A stretch of 64,000 nucleotides of DNA, taken from positions 170,054 to 234,053 of the forward strand of contig MU057632.1 in NCBI GenBank assembly GCA_013265495.1, read 5' to 3'. Positions 26,957 through 39,141 of this stretch are shown piece after piece (positions within the stretch are counted from its first letter, which is position 1; each line of letters begins with the position of its first letter). A program made the position numbers and the translations under genes. Source of the DNA: Vicugna vicugna. Its lineage: Eukaryota. The notes beneath the pieces were generated by a model. That model made no database searches. It was not told the DNA's origin and worked only from the letters and a program-made list of their open reading frames with translations.

Positions 26957-27699
26957 AAAATTTTTTAAGAATTTGCATTCTTTTTTTATTGAAGTATAGT
27001 CAGTTTACAATGTTGTGTCAGTCTAGTGTAGAGCATCATGTTTCAGTCATACATGTACACATATATTCCTTTTCATTGTAGGTTACTGCAAAACATTGAC
27101 TATAGTTCCCTGTGCTGTACAGAAGAAACTTGTTGTTTATCTATTTTATGCATAGTAGTTAGTATCTGCAAATCTTGAAGTCCCAATTTATCTCTACCCA
27201 CCCCTTTTTCCCCCTGGTAACCACGTTTGTTTTCTATGTCTATGAATATGTTTCTGTTTTGTAAATAAGTTCATTTGTGTCTTTTTTTTCCCCTTAGATC
27301 ACACATATAAGTGATATCATATGGTATTTTTCTTTTTCTTTCTGGCTTACTTCACTTAGAATGATGATCTCCAAGTCTATCCATGTTGATACAAATGGCA
27401 TTATTTTAATCTTTTTTATGGGTGAGTAGTATTCCATTGTATATATACACCACAACTTTTTTATCCAGTCATCTGTCGATGGATATTTAGGTTGTTTCCA
27501 TGTCTTGGCTACTGTAAATAGTGCTGCTGTGATCATTGGTGTGCATGTATCTTTTGGAATTATAGTTTTCTTTGGATATATGCCCAGGAGTGGGATTGCT
27601 GGATCATAGGTTAACTCTATTTTTAGTTTTTTAAGGATTCTCCATATTGTCCTCCATAATGGCTGCACCAAATTACATTCCCACCAACAGTGCAGGAGG
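26957..27699 (-). mobile_element. Relatively young L1, 5'-truncated (ORF2 C-terminus and 3' UTR)
   Basis: ORF 27294..27671 ([33 protein letters not shown]...WIKKLWCIYTMEYYS) is the L1 ORF2 C-terminus. Imperfect TSD tgaacctatcactt/tgaacccattactt. Confidence 0.92.
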
Positions 27700-28199
27700 T
27701 GAACCCATTACTTTTATAACTCAGGTTATACTACTAACAGCTGAGTATTTACTGAATGCCAGGCACTAAGCTAAGTGTTTTACTTGCATTATCTCACTCA
27801 GTCTCCTTGGGCAATCTCTTGAGCAGGTGCAACTAAAATTCCAAGTTTAAAATTAAAGAAAGGCAGAGAGGGCAAATTAAGGCAGAGCACAGAACATCTT
27901 CATTTAGGATAGGGCTTTGTTAAGAGAGTTAAAAAATGCTAGTCCATGTTACATCAGCCTAGGATGGAGGATGTTCACATGGAAATCCTATGGTAAGTTA
28001 TCTCTGGCATTGTTCTTCTCAATGATAAAAAAGCCTTGAGTAGGTGTGAAATTTTGCACAACTGCACATTATATGAGCAGATCCACCCATCCTGATACTC
28101 CTATGCAATTATATTAACAGTAGCCAGCGTTTACACTGGGCTTGCTCTGTGCAGGTAACAGTTCTTTTTATTCAGGTTTTGAATAGTTAATATATTTAT

Positions 28200-29280
28200 T
28201 TGGGTGAAATATCAAAATGACATAAAGAGACAAAATGACATAAAGAGAAATCTCGCTCCTTACCCTTGTCCTTGTTTACTTTTTCTCTAGTTACCAGCAA
28301 TTTTATTCTTTTAAAAAAACTCTTCCAATATTTCTTTACGTACATAAAAGCAGAATGAATATACACTATTTTTCTCTTTTTCTTACACAAAAAAATATCA
28401 CACTAGATATGAAATGTTATAACATCTGTTTCCTTTGACTTAATATATCTTGGATCCTTTGGTAGGTATATTGAAAGACCTTCTTGATTGTATTCCCAGT
28501 TTATTCAGCTATACTTATTACTCACTACAAATTGATGGGAAGACCAGGAAGGAGGATTCCTGGCTCACAGAGTAAGTGCTATGTAATTTTCGTAGATAGT
28601 GACACTTTTCTGTAAGGGCAATACCTCTGTACACTCCTGTGGAGTTTCTGTACCGGTCTCCTCTCAGTCTCACTACAAAAGTAACCAGTCAGATTCTGTA
28701 ATTCTACTGATCCGACAGGTGAGAAGATGCTGTCATTTGTATTTCTTTGTTATGAGTGAAACTGAGTATGTTGAAAAGGCACGTGTGTGTTTCTTTTTCT
28801 GTGGACTATTTGTGCCTATTAATTTTCCATCTTTTATTTTCCACTGGGCTGTTGGATTTTTCTTCTGGGTTTCTAGAGCTCCTTATAGTTTAAGATGATT
28901 AACTTTTCATCTCTGATAGCTGTAAATATTTTCCTACATTTATTTTTTGACTCTGCTTGTTGTTTGTTTTCTTTTGTTTTAGTATGCAGTAGTCTTTGAT
29001 TTTATGTACTCTAATCATATCTTAAAAAATTTTTATATAGGCTAAAGTTATCAGTATTTTCTTCTATGGTTTCTGTAGTTGTAGTTATACTTAGAAAAGC
29101 TTTCAAGTTCCAAGGCTACAAGATAATTTGCCTATTTCTGCCATCCAGTGTCTATGGATCTTATATGATTTAAATCTTTGATTTATTTGGAGTTTATCTT
29201 GGAATATGCTACAATAGATATGGATCCAATCTGATCTTTTTCCAAATAAGTAATGAGTTGTTCCAACATTGCTTATAACC
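28200..29280 (-). mobile_element. Old L1M (L1ME-like) fragments
   Basis: Degenerate antisense ORF2 motifs, e.g. taaatctttgatttatttggagtttat...ggatccaatctgatctttttccaaat. Confidence 0.6.
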
Positions 29281-29445
29281 AGAGTGAGTATGGAGTTGAG
29301 ATTCATGAATTTGTGGGGTGGTTAATAACTTTTGAGAAAATGTCTTTTCTGTTGATTATGGTGGAAGAGCCACTGAGAGATGTTGAGGAAAGTTTGGGAG
29401 GAAAAGCAGAATGTTAGAGAATGGTTTTAAGAATAGGAGGAGTTT

Positions 29446-29710
29446 TTATGGTTACCAAAGGGGAAAAGGCAGGGATGGATAAATTAGGAGTATGGGATTA
29501 ACAGATACACATTACTGTACATAAAATAGATAAACAACAAGGACCTACTGTAGAGCACAGGGAACTATGTTCAGTTTCTTATAGTGACATATAGGGGAAA
29601 AGAATATGAAAAGAAAGTATATATATGTAGCTATGTATGTGTATGCCTGAATCACTTTGCTGTACACCTGAAACTAACATTGTAAACAACTACGCTTCAA
29701 TAAAAAATGA
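29446..29710 (+). mobile_element. L1 3' end
   Basis: ttatggttaccaaaggggaaa...ggataaattaggag...aaacaacaaggacctactg; imperfect TSD gaataggaggagttt/gaatagagggaggttt. Confidence 0.88.
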
Positions 29711-30904
29711 ACGAGAATAGAGGGAGGTTTGAAAGGCATGGGATTAGAGAGAACAAATGACTTCTTTTTAGGTTACATTAGGACTGTGGATTTTGGGCCC
29801 AACCTGCTATAAAGCAGGTTTAAACATTTTATTTTGTGGGAGTCAAGCTTTGAGGCTCTGATGTGGTTATGTGTGCCCTGTAGCAGGCAAGTATAGCTGG
29901 TATTGCTTGAGTAAGGACTTTTTACAAAGTAGAGTTGGATTTAAGTAACCGATCTTCAGGAGTTGTACAATGTTGGATTTTTACATTTATTGCTCTCTTA
30001 GCACTTTACCTACATGAACAGCAAGCTTACATTCATTTCCCATGAAGAACTGCTCCTTAATGGGCTACATTTTCATTTGTTTCTTGACCCAAGTGGTTAA
30101 ATATGAATTTCCAGAAACTTCTGCTTATTAAAATAATTTTCATAGAAAAACAGAGAAGTGGAAACATACTTTTGTAGGAAACTAATAAATGTCATTTAAC
30201 TCAGAATAGCTGTAATTTACTGTCATGAAGTATTCTAGGCATTTCTATATTTTAAAAGAGAAGCAGTTTGGCAGTTTCTGATAAAGTTAAACAAACATTA
30301 TATGACCCAGTTATCCCACTCCTGGGTGTTTACCCTAAAGAAATAAAAGCTCATGTTCATACAAGAACCTCTACATCAATGTTCATAGCAGCTTTACTGA
30401 TAATAGCCCAAATCTAGAAACAAGCCAAATGACCTTTAAGAGGTAAATGAATAAACAAACTGTGGTACATCTCAATCATGGAATACTATTCAGCAATAAA
30501 GACAGAAAGAACTACTTATATGTATAACTGAATTGCTTTGCTGTACACCTGAAACTAACATTGTAAATCAACTACACTTCCATGAGAAATTAAAAAAAAA
30601 AAGAAGGAACTACTGATGTGTGCAATGACTTGGATGGATCTCAAGAGCATTACTCTGAGTGAAAAAACAGCCACTTTTAAGAGATTGAATTTATGACAAT
30701 GATTGCATTCACATAACATTCTAAAAATGACAAAATTACAGTGATGGAGGACAGATGAGTGATTCCCAGTAGTTAGGACTTGGGGTGGGAGTGACTCTGA
30801 AGGAATAAACAAGGTTCTTTTCTTTAAGGGGATGGAAAAGTTCCGTATCTTGATTGTGGTGATGGTTAAATTAACCTGTCCATATGGTAAAATTTCATTA
30901 AGGA

Positions 30905-30906
<2 letters not shown>

Positions 30907-30938
<32 letters not shown>
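30907..30938. repeat. (AC)16 microsatellite followed by an AT-rich low-complexity tract
   Basis: Directly visible. Confidence 0.95.
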
Positions 30939-30943
<5 letters not shown>

Positions 30944-31200
30944 AAATATAAAATAAGTAATTAATAAATTATAAATTATAATAAAAATAAACTATGTAAG
31001 TTATATAAATTATTTATATATATATAAAAATTAAGTGCATGCAAAAATTGGTGAAATCTGAATAAGGTATTCAATTTAGCTAGTAAAACATCCATCTACT
31101 TCCTGGTTTTGGACATTGACTGTACTCGTGGAAGGTGCTATCACTGCGGGGAGCTGGATGAAGGGTATGTGGGTACATGGCAACTCTCTCTACTCTTTTT

Positions 31201-31328
31201 TGTGTTTTTTATGGGGAGGAGGTATTAGGTTTATTCATTTATTTATGTTTAGAGGCGGCACTGGGGATTGAACCCAGGACCTCGTGTGTGCTAAGCATGT
31301 GCTCTACCACTTGAGCTATACCATCCCT
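31201..31328 (-). mobile_element. Vic-1-like SINE
   Basis: Antisense head; TSD CTCTCTACTCTTTTT. Confidence 0.88.
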
Positions 31329-33882
31329 CAACTCTCTACTCTTTTTGCAAGTTTTAAGTACAACTAAGGTTATTTCAAAATAAAGAATTGTAAGAAAAGG
31401 CCAAATCTTACGAAGATGACTGTTGGGGAATGGAACTGCATTTTTACGATACTAACATCTATTTTCTTTTGGGCATCACATCAGCTAATGTCTTTGGTTG
31501 CGGGGAGACTTGGGGATAGGAATCAGACCTTGTCACATGGTTTATCGGTTTGTTTCTGCATGTGAGTGATGTAGGGAGATGATGTGGTATCACAGAAAGT
31601 TGTCGGGCCCTGATACGAGCAAATCTCTCTTCTTGTTCTGATTCTTTTCTTCTCTGCAGTATGACCCTTGATAAAGCCCTTAATGTAAGTCTCAGTTTTT
31701 CAATATATATTGAAATATATATTGGGTCATAGCCTTTTTCAGCTTCAGTAAGATTGCTATCGGGGTTATATGAGGTGGACCATAAATAAGATTTACACTT
31801 TAAATCATGACATTTTTATTCCTGTTCATGTAACACCAAGTAGCCAAATCCTAACTAAACTCCTGTGATAGTCAGCTTCAAAGGAAGATTTCTTATCTAA
31901 ATTTGGCTCTTAAACTACTGTCCCTTTCCTCATGTGGATGCAGGAAACAGAAGAGATGGACCAACCAGTTCATAGCCACAGTGAGTTAGCAGAAAAGTAA
32001 TCAAAAGTCAAAGACGAACTAAAGCCTCCCTCATTTTCTGTTCCAAGGAAGGCTTGTGAGGTGAGCATTTAATTCAATGAGGTTCTTTCTTCTAACCCAA
32101 AAGGAGTGCCGAGGAGAAACTATGCACTCTTTTTTCTCTTATTATTATTATTTTAAAAATCAGTACTTAAAAATTATTATTTTTTACTGAAGTGTAGTCG
32201 ATTTCCAATGTTAGTTTCAGGTGTTCAGCAAAGCGTAACATCAGGACGTTTTATATCTAACAAAAAGATGGTTCCGCAGCATTTTCAAGTGGAACCTTTA
32301 CTTATGTTTCCAAGTGAGAAAAATCAAGCAGTCTTTTGCTGACTGCAGCCTGGGCAATTAAGCTTATCTTTCTCTTGGCGGTGGAACTCACCTGGAACAG
32401 CTGAAAATCTGGACCCTGAGAGAAGATGCAAATCTCTGTAACGTGTCTTCCACCAACTTGCTAATAAATTGATTTTGCCTGCTCCCTCATTACTCTTCTA
32501 TGTGGAGATTAAGTAGATTATACTGTAATTAAATCTGACTTGCAGGAGGTAGTCTTTAGAGCAATGAGCCACGGGGAGGCTGCTATTCTGCCTCCAGCCT
32601 GGTGCTGATGTCGGAGTTGAGCACAAAGCATCCTGCTTTACGGGGCTTCAAGCTTTCTGTGTATTGAGGGGGATAAACAATGTCTCAGAGGGACACGGTG
32701 CTGCTTTCCGAGCTCTGTATTCTAAAGAAGCTCCAAATTCTGCTACAGAAAGTTACTCTTTGAAGACTTAAAGTAGCATTCAAATGTTTGTTGTGACTCT
32801 TACTAGGAATGAAGTTTTAAAATCTAATTTTAAAAGCCTCCTCCAGTACTGTACATGATCCACCCTCTTAAATACTGCAGTCAGCTGTGCACTGAGTCGT
32901 TCTTAGGTCATTATTAAAAATAAAATAAAAAGTACTGTAAAGACGTACTGTGGACTGTTTTCAAAGCCACATGTGGTGGTTTAGCTGCAGGACTTCCACT
33001 GGCGGTAATGGGACTCCCACTGGCAAATTCCAAGCACCACTTCAAAAATTGACCCCATGGTGACAGTTTAATGCTTCTTACTGGTCATAAGTCTTCAGAT
33101 TACACCTCCAGGCAAAGAGGGACAATTTCTCAAAGGACATAATCTTTAATGAAATAAATCTGCATTGAACACTGTAACTCCGTGTAGGGACTTGCTCACT
33201 GGTGAACGTTACCACTGGGGATGTGAAAAACTTTCAACACATTCACCTAATTCCAGTTGCTCACAGGAAATAACACATTTCCTTTTCGGTTTGGAAATTT
33301 CATGTTTCTAAGGGTAGATATAGAGACGTGTGAAAAAGCCAGAGGGAGTAGTTTTATATTTTTCCAAAGGGTGATAATTTGTATGTTGCCGATATGAAGT
33401 TCAAACAGGCAGAGATGATGAAAAACCCACGGCCTTATACAGCTATACTTTTTGTTGCCTGATTAAAAAAATTTTTTTAACCCAAATATCTAGCCTTAGG
33501 CCCACCAGCAATCTATTGGAACTTCGCCTGCTGACACGTCTTAGATGCTGCCTTGTATCCGGTGACTATTCACAGCTCCCAGGGCGTGACTCTTTGTCCA
33601 GCATCTCCCACTGCTTGCGCACTGCTCACTGAGCCCCAGCCAGCGTGACCGAATGTCTCTTCCTTTTACAAGCCAAGCTCACTGGGTCTCAAGAATCTTT
33701 GCAAAGACTATTCCCTGGCCTGGAGAGATCTGTGTCTACATCCTCACTGCTGGCTCCTTAATATTCAGGTAGACTTGGGAGTCCACTCATTAGAGTCTCT
33801 TGGGCACCTCCACTCTGAGGAAGCCCCCAATTGCTTTGTCTTATTTTCTGTATTGCACTTATCTCTAGTTGACATTATCTCA

Positions 33883-34026
33883 TTTTTATTTATTTTTATT
33901 TTTATTTTTTGGGGGGGAGGTAATTAGATATTTATTTATTTATGTATTTAATGGAGGTACTGGGGATTGAACCCAGGACCTTGTGCATGCTAAGCGTATG
34001 CTCTACCACTGAGCTATACCCTCCCC
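33883..34026 (-). mobile_element. Vic-1-like SINE
   Basis: ggggggaggtaattag...aatggaggtactggggattgaacccaggaccttgtgcatgctaagc...gagctataccctcccc. Confidence 0.9.
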
Positions 34027-34081
34027 TTTTTTAAAAAATATGTTTCCATATTATTTTTCTCTGTTCACTGAAATATTAGCC

Positions 34082-34584
34082 TGTGAATAAAAAAATATTG
34101 CCAGCCATATCAGGAAACAGAGGATGCTGCGGCCATCAAGTCGTCAGCCACTATTGCCACCCCTGACAGTGAGTGGAGGGAACTCAGGGTGCAGACAAGC
34201 AGGCAGCCTGGCCGCTGCAGCCACCCCCAGTGGTGTCCCCTGAGGGGCTCAGGCTGGGAAAGAACAGGACACTGGCCCTAGATAGCTGGATGCATATCAA
34301 AGGAGTGATTTCAATAAGCCCAGACCTTTGGACCTTCCCAAACACAAAACAGCACTAAATTCCTTAACTTGAGATATCTGGTTTTCTTTAATTGACAGTA
34401 ATCTTTTGATATTCCGACTACCTGGTCTTTGTTGCCCAAACTCCCTACATCTCCTGGCTTCTACCTTGTTACTTTCGAATGGTCTCTTAGAGCAATCTGA
34501 GGGGCTGTATCCTGGGCCTGAGTGCTCAGGAAGTGTGCCGAATAAAACTTAACTTTTAGGTTGTGCATTTTATTTCAGTTGACA
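34082..34584 (+). mobile_element. ERV1-like solo LTR, copy A
   Basis: TG...CA termini, AATAAA near the 3' end, 4-bp TSD AGCC (34078-34081 and 34585-34588). Homologous to 38635-39141. Confidence 0.88.
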
Positions 34585-35572
34585 AGCCCTACAGGAAGGA
34601 GGACCCTGCACACTTAGTGCAACACAGCCACCCCTGCCCCCACCGCCAGCATCTAGAACCATGTTTGGACATGGTGGACATTATAAAAATGTTTGTTGGA
34701 TAACTGAGCTCAGACTCCAGGATATCTTTCACTCCTCTCTCTCATACAATCAGAAACAGTATTCTATATCCTTTCTTCCACTACTTCTGCCTCCAATACC
34801 TTTGCTCTGTATCAACACAAGTCTCTTTCCTTCCAGTTTTGCCCGTCTCTAAGGGCACAGGAGAGAGACTGTCCTCTTATAGGGGGGGCTCATGTTTTAT
34901 TCATCTCTGCACCCTTTGCACCTAAGATCACGTCTGGCACGTACTAAATGTTCTTTCTGAATGAATTTTCTTTAACATTGATAATATAGAATATTAGTAC
35001 AATACATCATAGTGCTCCACTGAAGTTTATGGAAGGGGTGGGAAATAATCTTTATTCATTTCCCTCTAAGGACATCCTCTATAGGGTCAAGTCATATCAG
35101 CTAACCAAGCTTCATCATAAGTTCAAATTTGTGCACAGGTCAGTGATTCCCTAAACATGTCTCCAGTGGTCTACTGCCATGGCAACCATTCAAAGGCATC
35201 TCTGGGAGTGATCTCATTTACCCTGGTGATGTCTCCAATTACACAATACCCAGAGAGCCTCACGGTAACATTGCTCAAGAGCATCATATACAAGGCAAGT
35301 AAGTCTACGTTGGAGCTTAATTTCTTCTTTGCTGTTGGAGAGCAGCAACAGTTAGCCTGATTTAGGTGAAATAATAAGGCTGATCAATAAGGCTGTTGCT
35401 GAGATTAGTGTTGTTTTGTGAAGTCTGGCTTTTTGTTCAAAGATTTCAGATTATAAATGATGAACGTAAAATTATGTGGTTCTCTGTAAGTGGATGATAA
35501 TGGACAATGTTAATTCAATTTAGTTTAAAAACCCTAATAAACAGTAAGAGCAATTCTCTCTCAGTTGGGTGG

Positions 35573-36420
35573 TGTGATGCTCTGGGAAACAGACACTTGG
35601 TCATTGTCCTGGGTTCCTTGCACGCAGGTCCTAGAACCCTTGGGATCTCTGGGTGAGAAGTGCCTTTGTGGGCCAAGGAGATGGTTGGTAGCTGGGGGTC
35701 CCTGGATGGCTTCCAGATGGGGGATGGTTACCAGAAAGACAAAGGCATGGTAGAAGTTAGAACTTTCAGCCCCCCCAGGACCCCTGGGAAGGGAAAGGAG
35801 CCTAGAGACTGAGCCCAATCACCAACAGCCAATGATTTAATCAACTGCGCCTGTGTGATAAAATCTCCATGAAAATCTCTAAACCATGGGGTTGGGAGAG
35901 CATCCAGGGGCTAAACGCACTGAGGTGCTGGGAGGGTGGTGTGACTGGAGGGGCGTGGAAGCCCATGTTAGTCATCTCTTTGCCCCAAATATCTTGCCTT
36001 AAGCATCTCTTCCATTTAGCTACTCTTGGATTGTAGCTTTTACAATAAACTGTTAATACAATATACTATGATATAAACATATTATATAAAAATATACTGT
36101 AAAGTACAGTACTGTCTTGAGTTTTGTGTGCTTCCAGTGAGGTGAGGAGGTTATTAGAACCCCCAATATCGTAATCAACCAAGCAGAAGTGAGTGTAGTC
36201 TGGGCACCTCCTTGTGGCTGGAGTCTGAAGTCAGGGAGGGGGGAAACCCTGGGGGGACTAAGCCCTTAACCTGTGGGGTCTGCTAATGCCAGTTGTTAGT
36301 GTCAGAACTGTACTGAGTTGTTGATGCCCAATTGGTATCTGGAAAGTTGGAGAATTAGTTGGTGTGAGGAACAAACCCCCACATATTTGGTGTTAGAAGT
36401 GCTGTGAGTAAAAACAGCTC
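35573..36420 (+). mobile_element. MER21-like LTR
   Basis: tgtgat...ggtcctagaacccttgggatctc...gctgggggtccctggatggcttccagatgggg...ccagaaagacaaaggcatg...gaactttcagcccc...aatcaccaacagccaatgatttaatcaa, matching MER21B/C as recalled. Confidence 0.8.
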
Positions 36421-36881
36421 ATCAGGTAAGTACATTCTTCTAGAGTGAAATTCTGGTTCTTTCGTCTACCATCTTTCAAACTCTGGACCAGTTTCTTAAG
36501 CCTTACTGTACTTCCTCATCTTTAAATAGGGCATTACAGTTCTCACACAGGATTAAATAAGACAATACTTATAGGATGATAGAGCAGTGCCTATCAAGCA
36601 AGTCTCAACAAATACCTGCTGTTATTAACTAAAGGGACTGAAATGGCTTTAATGTTCTGTGATCAATCAATCCGACAGGGTTTAATTATCCTCAGATGGT
36701 CCAATTAATCATATGGAAGGAACTATACTCACTGAAGGAGTCTGAACATTTAGAAGTAAAGAGAAGTAGCAGGGGAGCATCTGACTGACAGGAAGTAACC
36801 CGAGAGAACAGAATTTCTACTCAAGGGTAGAAGAGATTGGATGGCGTAGAAAATGATGCAATTCAAGAGTGTGTATCTTCG

Positions 36882-37226
36882 ATTAAAAAAAAAAGAGAGA
36901 CACAAATGGACTTAACAAAACAGAAACAGACTCATAGACATAGAGAAGAAACTCATGGTTAACTGGAGGGGGAGGGGGAGCGTGGGGAGGGATAAATTGG
37001 GAGTGTGAGATTTACAGATACTAACTAATATATACAAAATAGATAACAAGTTGATATTCTACAGCACAGGAACTATATTCAATATCTTACGATAACCTAC
37101 AATGAATAAGAATCTGGAAAGGAATATATGTATGTACACGTACCACCGAAACATTATGCTGTATGCCAGAAATTGACACAACATTGTAAACTGACTAGAC
37201 TTCAATAAAAAATCAGAAAATAAAAC
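36882..37226 (+). mobile_element. L1 3' end with TSD
   Basis: aaaacagaaacagactcatagacatagag...aactatattcaatatctt; TSD AGAGTGTGT(A/C)TCTT. Confidence 0.9.
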
Positions 37227-38634
37227 AGAGTGTGTCTCTTAGAACAAGACATGGAGGAGTCTGAGAAGTAGAAAACGGCTCTTAAATCTCCAGTTTAGAA
37301 GCCAGTGACAAGTGGCAGTTCTGGGAGCCCCTGATACAACTTTTGAACAGATCAGCAGCTGAAGTTGCCTTTTAATAAGATGAGCTCACAGATACATTAG
37401 AGTGGTCCTGGCTGTGTGGAAGATTTTAACAAACTCTTTGATTTTTGTTTTAGCCAAAGAAGAAGCTGGTTATTTTTTTTTTTTCTCATTAAAAAAGTGC
37501 ACTTGCTGGCATTTTCCTGAGTGACTGCTACCTCGTGTCAAAGGCATGCAGGCTCAGTTCACCAACATCTGTGCTGTGGTTTGTCTCTTTTGTCCTCTTG
37601 TGGAAGTATTACACTGAAGGAGAACTGTTAAAATAGCAATAAAAGTCAACTTATATTTAGCATCAACTACAGATGCAAGATTAATAACAGGCTGGTGTTT
37701 TCTGCTTCTCTGAGAGGCATCACAAGACTGAAATATATGGCCATGATATATGTCTTCAGAAAGAGTCACTGGAGAATCCAAAAAAGCCACTGTGAGGAGT
37801 GATTTCTTGGCTCCCTGACACATCAAGCTCATTATCATGATCTAAGTACCAGGCTTGGGTACTATTTGCAGTTTTCACGTAGGTCATTAATGAAAGCTAG
37901 AAAAAGGAGTGACTGCAAAGTCAGTCTCTGAGGTTATTTCACAGATTTTCCATACGGGGCTCACTGAGCGAGTGATTTGCGTTTAAATGTAAAGAAATCA
38001 GAAAGAGGGCCATCCAGGTAAATGAAAGGGGAGCCCCCACAGCCACCCCCAAATATGCCTGATTCTCCTAATTGCAGCACAGTGACTACTGCCCAGGGCT
38101 GTAGAAACGTTATCGCAACAGAGTCTCAGGGGAGAGATGGACATCGAACACATAGGTACAAGGGAGACTTTAGTAATTCAAGAAAAGCTCCCCAAATCAA
38201 GGAGAGATAAATCAATATGTTCGTGAAAGAAAGCACCTAATTAAAAAAAAAAACTGAACAGATATTTTTCTCCCCTTGGGTAACAGTTGTTCAAAGTATA
38301 TTTTTCAAACACAAGCATATAATGATTTTGTGATTTCTTAAATCAACAATATTTTGCAATGCTCTGGTTCTAGCTAGTGTGCAAAGGAGGAGAGGGTAGC
38401 CGTTCAGGAGGGGAAGTTCTAAAGTTTCTGGGAATTAGCCTATGGGACTTCTATTGGCTTGTGTCCAAATGTTATCAGTTGGTTTACAGGGTCCAACACT
38501 ACACAAGGCTCACTGGCTGACAATGTAGTAGCTTGTTTGTTTCCAGTTGGAAAGAACAACACTGTGGGGCTTACAGAAAGCATTTCCCACACAGCAGGCA
38601 CAGCCAGCCTCCCACAAACTTTTCTGTATCCTTT

Positions 38635-39141
38635 TGTGTATGAAAACTATTGTCAGCCATATCAGGAAACTAAGGATGCTGTGGCCATCAAGTCGTCAGC
38701 CACTATTGCCACCCCTGACAGTGAGTGGAGGGAACTCAGGGTGCAGACAAGCAGGCAGCCTGGCCGCTGCAGCCACCCCCAGTGGTGTCCCCTGAGGGGC
38801 TCAGGCTGGGAAAGAACAGGACACTGGCCCTAGATAGCTGGATGCATATCAAAGGAGTGATTTCAATAAGCCCAGACCTTTGGACCTTCCCAAACACAAA
38901 ACAGCACTAAATTCCTTAACTTGAGATATCTGGTTTTCTTTAATTGACAGTAATCTTTTGATATTCCGGCTACCTGGTCTTTGTTGCCCAAAGTCCTATA
39001 TATCCTGGCTTCTACTTTGTCACTTTGGAATGGTCTCTTCGAATGATCTGAAAACCTGTGTCCCAGGCTGAGTCCTCAGAAGGTCCACTGAATAAAATAT
39101 AACTCTCAACTTTAAGGATGTGCATTTTATTTCTGTTGACA
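38635..39141 (+). mobile_element. ERV1-like solo LTR, copy B
   Basis: TG...CA termini, AATAAA, flanks CTTT/GTTT (probable 4-bp TSD with one change). Homologous to copy A. Confidence 0.87.

Larger units (their letters stand above)
30255..31385 (+). mobile_element. Old L1MC/MB-like 3' region with nested L1 tail, (AC)n and SINE
   Basis: gcagtttggcagtttct...tatgacccagttatcccactcctggg...caatgttcatagcagcttta...acttggatggatctcaagagcattactctgagtg. Confidence 0.8.
33480..34705. mobile_element. L2 3' region interrupted by a SINE and an LTR
   Basis: L2-like motifs (ctttgca...ctattccct...cctgga; 3' terminus ...aaatgtttgttggataactga) on either side of the insertions. Confidence 0.55.

Noticed and set aside
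34173..38910. Duplicated 61-aa gene (MEGTQGADKQ...)
   Set aside because: Both copies begin at GTG and lie inside the LTR pair; their identity reflects DNA homogenisation, not evidence of coding.
34082..39141. Intact provirus or composite element bounded by two LTRs
   Set aside because: Each LTR has its own TSD, the outer flanks (AGCC vs GTTT) do not match, and the interior has no gag/pol/env, only older host repeats.
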